DNA of 64,000 nucleotides from Dicyema japonicum (taxonomy: Eukaryota > Animalia > Dicyemida). This document shows positions 11,761 through 22,935 of this stretch, in pieces. The position numbers were made by a program, and so were the translations under genes. The stretch is taken from assembly GCA_011109175.1 (NCBI GenBank), contig RDEW01000018.1, forward strand, positions 493,304 through 557,303, read 5' to 3'. The notes below the pieces were generated by a model, which saw only the letters and a list, made by a program, of their open reading frames with translations, was not told where the DNA came from and did not search any database. Every line of letters starts with the position of its first letter. Positions within the stretch are counted from its first letter, which is position 1.

Positions 11761-12343
11761 TTCAATAACAAATTTCTTTTGCTCTACTTCTACAGCAATT
11801 GTATGCAATAGATTCCCGCAAAATTTTTTTTTTTGTTAAGTAGGGGATTTAAAAAAAATTGGAAATTAATACTTAAAATAGGCATGATTCACAAAATACC
11901 CCTAAATCCGAGGGTGGGGTTTGGCTTTGGCGGAGTCGGACTGTATTCCACTTAGCTAATTGAAATAGTTTTGCGGTTTTACGTCGTCATGACGTATTAA
12001 CGGATATATTAATTTAGGCAGATCGTTGTCAACCGGTCACATTAATTGATAACATAAAGCTGGATTTATTGAGCTATTTTAAAATTATATTTATTTTATG
12101 CAAATATGACATATTCGCTCCGCGCATGGATGCGCATTGTGCGCGTGACATATTATGAGTAGGAAACCTATATCTTAAAAACTGTTTGTTGAATATCTTC
12201 ACGTCTTCCGAGAGCGGTGCCTGATTTAACGTCATTCCCAATGGAGTTATGGGTACCTTTTCGGATGATGAATGCGTCCGTATTGAAATATCATTATGAC
12301 TGGGATTAAATGTCTTTGTGCCGCATCTGTGCCCACGCGGGGA

Positions 12344-12424
12344 TCTCCTTTTTTCCTTTCAACATTTTTGCCAACTCGAGAGAGTTTTAACGCCACCGAA
12401 TCGAACGCACGTTGCATGTTTTTT
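12344..12424 (-). mobile_element. Isolated 5'-terminal ~80 bp of the A/B retrotransposon family, fragment C (also 31470-31550)
   Basis: Near-identical to 6352-6435, same 5' boundary AAAAACATGCAACG. Confidence 0.9.
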
Positions 12425-12847
12425 AATAAATTATCAATTAATATTAGTTATCTCAATTTTAACTAAATTACTTAATAATTAAATAATGAATTAAATAATG
12501 AAACCTAAAATTTAAATTTTAAATAAATATACTGTCAAAGTATAACACTATCTTCGTTTCTTGTTGTATAACCTTGCGATTCTTTTTCAATATTTCAAGT
12601 GACCAATGACATCACGTAGATTAGTCATGTGACCAGCAGCAGGAGAAATCTTGTTCTGGACATTGGAGTCACTTAAATTAGACGATTACCCTCTTTATTG
12701 TGGTTCCGGGGTTAATAAATTGAACATATACGCCTCCCTAGAGAAAAATAGGAGGTTTTATCCAATCCTGAGTTAGCTAACAATCAAACAGAGACTTAAT
12801 TATAAACAAAACCAAACATTATAAGAAAAGAAAATTAACTAATACTA

Positions 12848-13248
12848 TCAGCTGTCGGCAGGCTTTGAATCAAAAGTAGTTGATGGGCTTTTCGTACAGA
12901 CAGTACCTGCACGTGAAAAAATACCCCTTTTAACAGTTCATTGAAGTATTCGTCAGATCTGGCAGCTTTTTGAATGTGTTTTGGAGCTATGACCTTCTTC
13001 TTGGTTTTTTTGGCTTGATCTCCCGACAATTCGAGCAGTTCTGAGTTCAAATAGTCCAAAATTCCCGCTAAATAGACTGCAGCACAATCCTTAACTACAA
13101 GTCCAGTGGTTTCTAATAAACTAAATAAATCTTTCCTACTTTTTAATGCACGCTTCAAACGGGAAACAGGAAACACAACATTAGCACGAGCACTGGAAGA
13201 AAGTTTACTTCCAAATGAAGACTTTTCGTCAAAAGATCCCCCAGACAT
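12848..13248 (-). CDS. H2A: Divergent histone H2A variant, copy 1 (1-bp homopolymer frameshift near 12925)
   Basis: True ATG at 13248 (MSGG...); SARANVVFPVSRL, AVYLAGILDYLNSELLELSG, PKHIQKA.RSDE; 27-nt GT-AG intron at 13113-13139. Confidence 0.88.
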
Positions 13249-13699
13249 AAAACAAACAGTTAAAACAATAAAAATGAAGTTACGCAATTATTTTGTTAAA
13301 TTGGTTTTGAGTTTTTTAATTTCATGAAATTTTTAAATTTACAAATTCCATCGAAACCATCGATGATTTTTTTTATTTTGTTTAAAATTAAATATTTTTT
13401 AAACATTGCCTCATCGCTGCAGAACCTGAATGTCTTAGTGACTCACACGCAAGCAAAAAAACGAGAGGTTAAGGACACCTTCGATGCCTTGGATTAATTA
13501 GCATAACTGTTATTTACTTCTTAAAGTGAGTTCTGCATAAGCTGAGGTAATGGAAACATTACTAGTCGGCGGCGGAAAGGCTGAATTAATTTTATTAGTA
13601 AACAAGCTGTGCAATTTGCTCCGCTCACAGCCAACTTTTCTATTCTTATTATTAATGTTATTTTAATTTATTAACTCAGAAATCACAAGAAAAGGGATA

Positions 13700-14125
13700 A
13701 GAGTTATCGTCTAATTAAGTGATCCCGGTGTCCATACTACTCCTTTTCCTGGCTAGTTTTGGATCTGGATAATCTCACAGCGGGGAAGGTTTCTTCTCGT
13801 ATCTCGGGAGGCGTCACAGATATAGTTTTCATTTCCGGCCCGAGGGGATGGTCAGGGGAATTTGCCATCTTGAGAAAGTCCCAGTGGCGTTCCGTAAGGT
13901 ATTCCATGATTGGGAGGAAGTTTAATGCTCTCAGTAGTAACAAAGTGGACGTCTTTTTCGACGAATATTTTGAGACATCGGTTTTGTAGCACTTCCAGAT
14001 TGCTCTGTGCCGATAGTGATAGCGGTGCAATCCATGCAGCACAGGCGTACTCGATACTCGGTAGAACAAATTGTTTGTATAGAAAAGGCGGAGGAATAAA
14101 AAATGGCCCGCGGGTAAATTAGTAA
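13700..14125 (-). mobile_element. 3' fragment of an APE-type LINE (also ~32840-33260)
   Basis: LYKQFVLPSIEYACAAW...RLEVLQNRCL, the typical RT C-terminal region. Confidence 0.8.
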
Positions 14126-14155
14126 AAATATTTTTATATTTATTTTACCTATTAT

Positions 14156-16024
14156 AAAAACATGCAACGTGCTTTCGATTCGGTGGCGTTAAAACTCTCT
14201 CGAGTTGGCAAAAATGTTGAAAGGAAAAAGGAGAAGGGTCACTTGCGTTACCTGATGGTATAAATGTAATTCTTGTCATATCCGAGAGCGTTGTGGCAGA
14301 TGACCCAAAAAGAATGGGCGAGGCAGGTAGTCCTGCAGGTACGTAGCAGGCTATCTCGAATGCCCTGGAATGGTTGGCCATACTTGGCGGAGCTCTGCAG
14401 TGGCAGATTCAGTACTGCTATATCTGTGAGTGAACTCAAGAAGATGGCTGTAGGCAAAGAGGGTACTGGTCTAAAGGGGCGGGGACCAGGTGACCACAAA
14501 TGTCAAAGAGAGCACGAGCACCAGAGCTGTGATACGTTGCAGCTCAAGCATGTTTATGAGGTCTTCGCGCGTAATCTCGCTGCAGCGGCAGATGTCCCAC
14601 TTGAGGACCGTAGATTTACCCGCAAGATTCCTCATTGTAAGGTTAACGGTGGTGTGTTAACCTGCATCAATAAGGCTGTGGCTTATGCGGTGGAGGCTAA
14701 GCCAGTAGGGTCATTGGGTGACATCTCCCTAGTGCTGTATGCAGCACAGATCACCTATGAGGAATTGACGGACAAGCCCAGACCACCCAGTAAATGGAGG
14801 GAGCAGATCTGTGCCAAGATTGCTTGAAGACAGACTGAGCTGGAAGCACTGGAGGGGCACATAAGTAGTGTGGCGAGAGGGTTAGATGAACTGTGTGAAG
14901 TAGTCCAACTAAGTGAGCGTATCCTAATGCGAATGCATGATACCCTGATAGCTGGGTCAAGTCTGTCTGCTAGGAAGCACGCCATAATAACGACCGAGAG
15001 AACACGGGCGACCCACCTAGGCACTATCAGACCTTTTTTGTCTGCTAAGTATGGTGTTGATGATAATGGGCTAGTAAATGTGAAGGCGTTGATCGAATTA
15101 CAATATAATAATTTGATGGAAAAGATCAACTTAAAAAGCCTTCATAAGGTCCTCTTAGAGCATTGGACAACCCACATGTCGACCTTAACTCGTCGACAAT
15201 ATGGCTAAAATACGGTGACAACTCACCTCGATCGGAGGCGTGTACACGTATATGCAAGACCGCAATATTTTTTGGGGTCGATCAACAAATACATGTCCCC
15301 ACTGTAAGTCAAGGAGCATGTCGGTTGATCATTTAGCCACTCGATGTGGATCCATGCTCTGCCACGACTATGTGTGGAGGTATAACGAGGTAGTAAGGAG
15401 TCTTCATCTTCTACTATGCAATAAGTATGGTATTGCCACACAGAAAGTTGCGGACTCATAAGGTGCAATCTGTAGTAGAAACACCAGGGTCCAAATTAAG
15501 GTAGACAGTGTTATTACCTCGGTGCTAGTCAAGCACAATAAACCGGACATTGTGGTACACGATAAGGAGTCTGGCCAAGTTCTTATCATAGAGGTTGGCA
15601 TCACGTCTCAAGACCGTTTGCAGACTGTGGAGGTGGAGAAAAAAAAGTATGACTTTCTTGCAAACGAGATGGGGCAGATGCTTGGTTGCAAGGTCCTCGT
15701 TATTACAATAGTAATGACGTGGGAAGGAATTGCAACAAAGTACCACAAGGGTTATCTGAAGCAGTTGGGGGTAGATAGGAAGCTCCAGGCCTATCTACAG
15801 TCCACTGTGTTAAAGCGGACCCTAAAGAGCCTGACACTGGAGTATAGGAGGCAGAGCCGGAGATGCCACATGAGCAGAGGGTTCAATTGGACAAGGCGCT
15901 CTCGGAGTTGTTTCAGCAACCAGAATCGAACCTGCCTGAGGAGGCTGGCGAACAGGCAGGGGAGGAAGGTTGTTGATTAAATATATTAACTTTTTTATTG
16001 TTTGTTAAATAAAGTGGGATTAAA
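14156..16024 (+). mobile_element. R4/Dong-like retrotransposon, element B: RT core deleted, zinc knuckle and RLE retained, 14-bp TSD
   Basis: 5' part near-identical to A, then a jump at ~14885 skipping ~1.58 kb of RT. CPHC...DHLATRC, HN/NKPDIV...IIEVGIT...KKYD RLE motifs. TSD ATTTTACCTATTAT at 14142-14155 and 16025-16038. Confidence 0.92.
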
Positions 16025-16084
16025 ATTTTACCTATTATTAAAAATTAAATAAATTTCTAAACGTGTTAATAATTTTTTGTTGTC

Positions 16085-16440
16085 AATTTGTCCGAAAAGA
16101 ATGAAAGATTTTCAAACTCGTACATTTAATGCAGATTGGACTCATTACTATTTCTTTAGTGAGAATAATGGAAAACCTACAATATAAGTTTAATGGAAAC
16201 CCAGGTTGTTATCAAATGGATTACTTGAAATTCAATGCGAGACTACACTTAAAATATCTTTCTGGGTTGGATATTTTGAGCTTCTACAAAAATTTGTGTG
16301 TCAAAAATATCCACATTTAATCGACAATGCTAAGAAAATGGTTTCTATATTTGGAAGCACATTTTTTATGTACACAGTTATTCTCCAAAATGAATAATGT
16401 AAAAAATTGTCTAAGAACGAAAATGACCGATCCGCATATT
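16085..16440 (+). mobile_element. Internally deleted SPIN/GTF2IRD2-like hAT fragment (copy 2 cut at the N)
   Basis: N-terminal RTFNADWTHYYFFSENNGKP joined to dimerisation-domain KYPHLIDNAKKMVSIFGST. Confidence 0.7.
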
Positions 16441-16447
16441 AACGATA

Positions 16448-16470
16448 TACAGTAAAACCTCTCGAATCCG
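16448..16470 (+). repeat. Putative left TIR of a pogo/Tigger element (TA|CAGTAAAACCTCTC...)
   Basis: TA followed by CAGTAAAACC is typical of Tigger-like ends; a same-strand transposase tail lies at 17365-17720; no right TIR found. Confidence 0.45.
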
Positions 16471-16699
16471 CAGCATTTTTAAAAATAATTTTTTTCATTT
16501 CTTATTATTTTTATTTTTTAATTCAAATAACCGCGAAAGCCGCTGGCTGTTTGAGCGAATTTAGCTTGCAATTCTGAGAGGGACAGCCACGCAGTGAGCG
16601 CGGCAAGCTAACTGATGTTTTGTCCTTTTTTTTAATAAATTTCAAATTTATTTACGAAAATTTCAAAAATTTATTAACAATAAAATATTTTATTAACTA

Positions 16700-17300
16700 T
16701 GGGAGAGCGGCTGCTGACTCACGGAGGAAGCGTTTCCCGAACAACTGCGATACTTCTTTGCCTCAGCCAGACCGCTTCCCGCACGTCTTTTCTTGCGGTT
16801 GGCCAATTTTCCCCGATTTCCTTTGTGAAAGAGGTTGTATTACTTCCGGCCGCACAGACGTCTCGATAGCTACTAGTACAAAAACGGTAGCGGTCTCCAA
16901 TTTCGCCATATTTTTTAATCTTGATTTTCTCGGCCAGATCGGCTGCCGATCCGGCAGACTGCGCCGAGCTGAGCATCATCGAGTTCGAGAAAGAATCCAC
17001 AACAGTGCAGTCCCATACGAGCGATTTTCCCTCAGTGAACGGAAAGATAGTTAACCCATCCGGTCTTTCCTATCTCCGCGGTCCAATCCCACAGGCTCCA
17101 GTACTGCCGGAAGCCTGCCGCTTCAAAAGCTCGCAAGACAATGTTGTTCATAGCAGCATGTCTGGGTGCTCTGTCCGCGCTCCTTTTGCACGAGGCGGGT
17201 GCAGCCCTTTAGCATCGACGATCCCTCCACAGCGACATTGGTGTTCGACGCAACATCAGCTCCCAGGCACGATTTTTGAAGCAGAGAGACCATCGGAAAA
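16700..17300 (-). mobile_element. CRE-clade non-LTR retrotransposon 3' fragment (zinc knuckle and RLE)
   Basis: CRCGGIVDAKGLH...RHAAMN, EPVGLDRGD.KRPDGLTIFPFTEGKSLVWDCTVVDS, WLRQR.SIAVVR. Confidence 0.85.
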
Positions 17301-17364
17301 CAAATTCAAAAAACTGAAAAAATTGAACCTCGGAAAATCATCAGCCGAGGCATGTAGAAGTAAG

Positions 17365-17720
17365 CCTTAAGGATGTTATAATTTATACCTATCAAGCATG
17401 GAAAAAGCTGATAGTACAACAATTATAAACTGTTTTCGACATGCTAAATGGACCCAAGATTTTATTGAGAAATTAATGACGAGTTTCCGCCTGAAACTTA
17501 TCAAGAATTCGTGTCAAGGCTGCAAATAAATGATCCAATTCCAGAAGATGAGTTTCTTTATGAGTAAACAGAGAATGAAGAGATCCTGGAAAATTTGGAT
17601 GAAAATGACGACGAAGACAAAGAATGCATTAATGATGGAGAACAAAAGAATGAACAAGTCGTTTTAGACGATAATGCAACGAATGCTGTCCATAAATTGA
17701 GGAAGTACTTTAAATAGAAG
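17365..17720 (+). mobile_element. pogo/Tigger transposase C-terminal fragment with acidic tail
   Basis: LKDVIIYTYQAW/KADSTTIINCFRHAKW followed by a D/E-rich segment. Confidence 0.65.
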
Positions 17721-17769
17721 GATGAAGTTAACTTAACATGTCCGTATTTCTTTTTGTGATGAGGTAAAC

Positions 17770-18040
17770 ATCGTTACATGTGACTTTCGGTGATATATTT
17801 AGACTGTTCTTCAAAACCAAAGACCCACCAGGTTTAATATCTTTGCACGGATCTTTTCGCCTCATCGACTTTTCGATGTTCCACTGCAACCCACGAGATC
17901 ATCCGCATTACGATAAAAAATTGTGTTTTTGGTGGTTGGGGATAAAAGGTCACTGAGGAAACATGTTGAATAAGCATTGGTGACAACGGTGATCCTTTTG
18001 GAACTCCATTTGGAAGGTATCGTGGTTATTAATGTTCATA
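17770..18040 (-). mobile_element. LINE RT core fragment
   Basis: LPNGVP.GSPLSPML...NMFLSD and SYADD-like motifs across frameshifts. Confidence 0.65.
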
Positions 18041-18753
18041 TAGTTTAGTGTGATTTTTTTTAAAATATAACTACAATAAATTACGATTTTAATCAATAAA
18101 TTTTATTAAAAAATAAATAAATTTTAAGAACTGAGAAACCGTTGCGACTGCAAGGATCCAGTTATACGGGTGATACGTGCCTGTGTGGGGTCGAGGGAAA
18201 AGCATCGGGCCAAGTTGAGGTCTCTGCTAAAGCGTGCTGGGATCACGTGATTAGTTAGTTTGGTGTTACTGTGTTCATGGCGGTGAGAGCATTTGTCTTC
18301 CTTCTTATGTCAATAGGCGAAATAAAATTAAAAAAGTCGAATTCACAAAGTCTCCGGTCTTAACCCCCTCCTAAAGATTATCTGTAGGAATCAAGTGTTA
18401 GTATGAATGTTGTTATCGATAATTTTCTATGACAGACAGATTGCGTGAGGGTTCTGCTGGAACGCGCCAAGTAATCTAAGATCAAGTAATCCAGACCAGA
18501 ACTAAGTGTCCTAACACAAACAGTGCCCAGGTTTGGAGCTGTGATCCTCCTCGAGTCCTCGCAAGCACATACTGAATAGAGACCTGTCCGATAAAACGGA
18601 CACCTCGCGTCGTTTATCCATGTTAATGATTCCAGAGATTTTCTTTCCAGAAATCCATTATTCCGTCATGACTCTGCAATTGCTGCTAATAAGAAGGTAC
18701 TCAAGAATTTATCAAAAACATTTATCAAAAACTGTTTAAACGAACGTTAATAA

Positions 18754-20260
18754 TCATAAATTGTGACCACAACTAGGACAAACGAATGGTTCAGTATTGG
18801 TGCCAATAGATCCACATAAATCATCAGACTGAGTGCCGAACAAATCAGCATTATCAATTCTCAAATTAGTCTCACATGCTTCAATATTAGGCAATTTGAC
18901 TAAATTAAACTCTTCCTGTAGACTCCTGCTTTAAACATAAACCCTATATGTTCAGTCCCACCTTTCAATGTTAGATTCTCCCTAACAAATCCGCTGTGAT
19001 TAACTTCAGTCACATTATGCTCTCCCACTGAATGAGGGGAGTCTTCGTGACTGGCACCTTTCTGTTCCCCCTCAGACATAGAATGGCTGGAATTCACGAG
19101 GTTGGGTGTGCTCGTGATGACGGGTTCAAATATGGACAGATTCTTTTCATCGTCCTGGGCTTCTTCTATCGGTTCACTGACATGTGGTGGTGCATTGGTT
19201 CAATTTGTTAAAGTATTCCTGCCTCAGTTTGTCGTATTCTGAGACACTTTTGATTGCTGACACACAAAGAGTCAACCCGAATGATGTGAACTAGTCGCCT
19301 GAAAGCTTTGATAAAGATATTCAGATTCAGTCGCTTCAGTAATCAAATTAAAAAAAAGCCCACATGGTTTGGGGGAGAATTTGGGGAAAGCGACAGTAAA
19401 ACTGTACCCCGTATTTATGGTTAAATTGTCCACGCTAGAATTCATGTTTTTCTCAAGGCAACTGTTAACATCGTTGGAAAAATTGGGACGGAATTTTTCC
19501 TGGGTTAAAAATTTCAAAATCGTCAACATTTTTGTGTTTTGTGTTGATTATTTCGCTGGTTTTGAAGGTTCGTTCATTTTTACACAGAATATCCCCATTT
19601 TGGCTGAATAAATTATAGTTTATCTTAAAATATTCAGTGTTTTTGACATTTTCCTGTCTTTTGGTGGCCACATTGGAGAATTTATTGTCTTTTATTCGTT
19701 TATTCAGGCTTTGACAGTTTCTATATGTTTTGCGCCTTGTGTGGCTCCTGAAATCCTCGCTCTGAATCACGGAAAAAATATTCTTGAAGTTATCAATTTC
19801 TACAAATAAATGAGAGGCAATACTGTTTGCTGTCAGAATGTTGAGACCTTCCGAGGGGAATGTCCGCAAAAACGTTTCGTTTTCTTGTCTGCGTCTTTGA
19901 GAAAACGACCGGGTCACTCTGGCCGTAGAATTTGAGAATTTCATCTTTTTTCTTAGAATTACTAATTTGTGGAATTTTGAAGGCATTTTTTCAATTATTT
20001 CAACCTCATGGTTGTGATTTTGAGAAATTTTAGAAAAATCTGTATTCTTCAGTTGGTTTTTTGGCCTTTTATACCTTCCAAATTCTTGGTTTCATAAATT
20101 ATAACCTCGAGATATGTCAGGCAGTGGAGTTGTTTTTGTTGTTTTTGGAATTAATTTCATTTTTCTACTAAAGTATTTCTAAAATTTATATAATATTAAT
20201 TACTTCTTGAACTCTTCTTTCCTTATAGATGCCAGTTGTTCTTGTTTTAATCCAATTCAT
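18754..20260 (-). CDS. REDIC1: REDIC1/HEIP1-like gene, complete copy ending ...FVCPSCGHNL*
   Basis: Same exons as copy 1, continuing through 19143 (DEKNLSIFEPVITSTPNLVNSSH...) to TGA at 18754-18756. One extra G near 19197 relative to copy 1 shifts the frame (probable error); the last intron is uncertain. Confidence 0.55.
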
Positions 20261-20474
20261 GTAATTTAACCAACAATAACTTTATCAATTTTAACTTTTT
20301 TCCCTCCAATATTTTTTTTTAATAATAAATGTTTATTTAAATTTTATTGAAATTTATTATTTTAAATGTTTATTTATTAAAAACAAACAAAAATCCGAAT
20401 AACTAAACAATTTATAGGGTTTCTTGACCAATAGTGTCACTTTCCCGAATTCTCTTGGTGGTAAAAGTAAAACA

Positions 20475-21845
20475 ATGCTACGTGTTGGGTAGACGAGGAT
20501 GCAACTATTATTTCAAATTAATTAGTTGGAAATATTCAAGGAAGGTTATCCATAACCGTTGGCAAAATCGTATAAATATGGAGTGAACACTTAAGTGTCA
20601 ACACTTAATCAACTGGGAAAACACTTAACTGCTGTATGTTTCATCTGAACTTATTTCACAACTGTAAAGATAGGTTGAAGTGGTGACGTGCTTCTGTTTT
20701 TCCCCGGAAAAAAATATGTCTTTATCATGCTTAGATTCAAACTCCTTGTTCCCTATCGCCACATACAACGTTCGAGGCCTCTCATTTCTATTCAAGAAGG
20801 AACAACTATCTGAAGATCTGTCACGTTACAAAATCAACATCTGCTGCTTACAAGAGACAAAGAATGCCTTCGGATACAAAGGAACCTTTGGAAACTACCG
20901 GATTATCTTACTCCCATCAGACAGTCGTCAACAGCAGAAGGAAATACGTTCGAAACTGGAAGTTCAAATTCGAATAAAAGTGCATCAGAGAAAACGTAAT
21001 CAAATATCACATTTGATAAGAAAACGATCGAATGACCTCTGGCACAAATATTTGGACGACAAGGCGACTGAAATTGAAAACTGTCAGTATGGAAGACGAA
21101 TGTGAGCCAGGATGGTGAGGATGATGGCTGTAAAGCATGGCTCAAGCGAAACCCTTTTAGGGCTACACGAAATTGCTTGTAATAACTAACTGAAAAAATA
21201 AAGGGATTTTTCAAAATCTTGGATATTTTAATCGCTCTAGTGAAAAGAGCAACTAATAACTCTCATATTGTAAAACAAACACATCAATAAGCGGACCCCC
21301 ACCATCAAATCCATAAATCTTGTTTCCACGTGGTTTTCGTGGCTTTATTCTTTGCCAACAAACATAGATTTGATTTTGTTTCTCTGAAAATGCTTACAAA
21401 AAGAATCTTTGATAAGATATTAACCCCAACATCTTGGAATGACTCTCTAACTTCTTAAGTGGAATGGACAAGCAATCTACAATAACATGAAATCGTAGAC
21501 ATTTTCCTGTTTAATGGAGTTTCCAAAAATTATTCATTTTCGTCGGCATTCTTGTAAAAGGCACTAACACATCGAACCAAACGATATACGTCAAATATTC
21601 TTAAGTCAAGGACACTCACTAGATATGGAAAGTCATCAATGACCATTTCCCGTTCTTCCTTGAATAAGCCTCACTCTCTTGGTTCAGATTAATGGCCATG
21701 TTTTTACCAGAGTCATAACCTCCAACAACTTATTAGACACAGGAACAAATTCTCTTTGGGAAGTTTTGATTGCACATCTGTGCTCAACAAGTGTACTCTC
21801 TGGTGTCTTCTAAGCGCGTAATTTTGGTGGGTAATCATGCCGGAC
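20475..21845 (-). pseudogene. Second copy of the retinoblastoma-family relic
   Basis: Duplicate of 1330-2700 with the same disruptions. Confidence 0.5.
20673..21187 (+). mobile_element. Duplicate of the internally deleted RTE-type mini-LINE
   Basis: Same structure; here the frame stays open across the APE-linker junction (ORF 20680-21105). Confidence 0.85.
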
Positions 21846-22935
21846 TGAAGCTGACGCTTGTATCGTGCTTAGTTGTGGTTTCGACTTCCATACCGTCATT
21901 TTCTTGGTATAAGGATTCCTTTCAGCCCTCTTCAATTTGCCTTTTCCCTCTCTTAGGAATTTCAAAATACGACTCGGACTCTTTGACCACTCATCCCGAC
22001 CTATCCATATTCTTTCTTAATGGGATTTGTCTAGTTTATGCTCCAGCTCAATTTGAGGGACATATAAATGTTCCAGCAATCGCCGTTGGGCGCTTGAAAC
22101 CCTCCCTCTCCCAAAAGTGAAGTTTGAATAAATAAGTTACCCTCATTAATGAAAAATGTCAAATCAATAAGAAATTATTTATTTTTTACAGCGAAAACAT
22201 TATTTGGGTCCATCCACTCATTAATTGCTTCACGTATCGACTTTTCATTCTGACTGTCCAAATTCCGACACTGCTGAACGGAGAAAACTGAAAAAATACT
22301 TGGTCGTTGGAGACAGTCTCAACTTTGTCCAATCTTATTCGAAACCTCTAGAACGTTAGGGAAAATAAATAAGGATGCTGTAAACTAATCAGGAAATGGA
22401 ATCATGACTCAGAGACCCTTGCGAATGGAATGGTTTTCTTCTTTAGAGACTCTTCTTTATGATTGCCTTTAGGACGTTCCACTTTATTATTATCATTGAA
22501 CCAGAAAACCACCATCATAACCAAAATAAATTTCAAGTGATCCCGGCCTCAAAATTCAGGTGACTTTTTTTAATAACAATTAATTTATAAAATTTACAAA
22601 ATATTATTGAATAACAATTAAGCTCTGAATTATCAATTAATTTCCTCGGGATATTCTGGTAAACCTGGCTCGTCTTCGCTGCGGTCACCATGTGGGTCTC
22701 AACGTCAACCTGTACAAGACCGGGCAAGTTAAAGTCTCCACTCTGCCCTTCGTGTAACCTTGATGACCACTGGACAGATCATTTTTTCTTGTGTCCTGAA
22801 CCGCCTTCTATGTCTTCCTTTCACGTGATCAATTTTTTGGATCTCTGGGAAAGTCCGTCATTGATAGTTACATTTGTGTTAGCCATCGGTTTCCTTCACT
22901 TAAAGGGACCGGCGATAAATAAATAAATTATCAAT

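Larger units (their letters stand above)
1..16248 (+). repeat. Copy 1 of ~19.14 kb direct tandem segmental duplication (probably extends left of the window)
   Basis: Position 1 (ttttcatcgtcctggg) recurs at 19144; ORF pairs are offset by ~19,120-19,144 throughout; the match ends at 16248/35389. Confidence 0.97.

Noticed and set aside
13249-13287. Apparent signal peptide on H2A (MRNFIFIVLTVCF...), suggesting a secreted histone
   Set aside because: The ORF-track start is TTG, not ATG; the first ATG gives the normal MSG start, and the hydrophobic stretch is T-rich 5' UTR.
18385-18490. U2 snRNA-like words (ATCAAGTGTTAGTAT, CTAAGATCAAGT)
   Set aside because: Short, out of order, and lacking the U2 5' stem and Sm site.
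19140-19146. Position 19143/19144 as the duplication breakpoint
   Set aside because: It only mirrors the window edge; a gene reads continuously across it.
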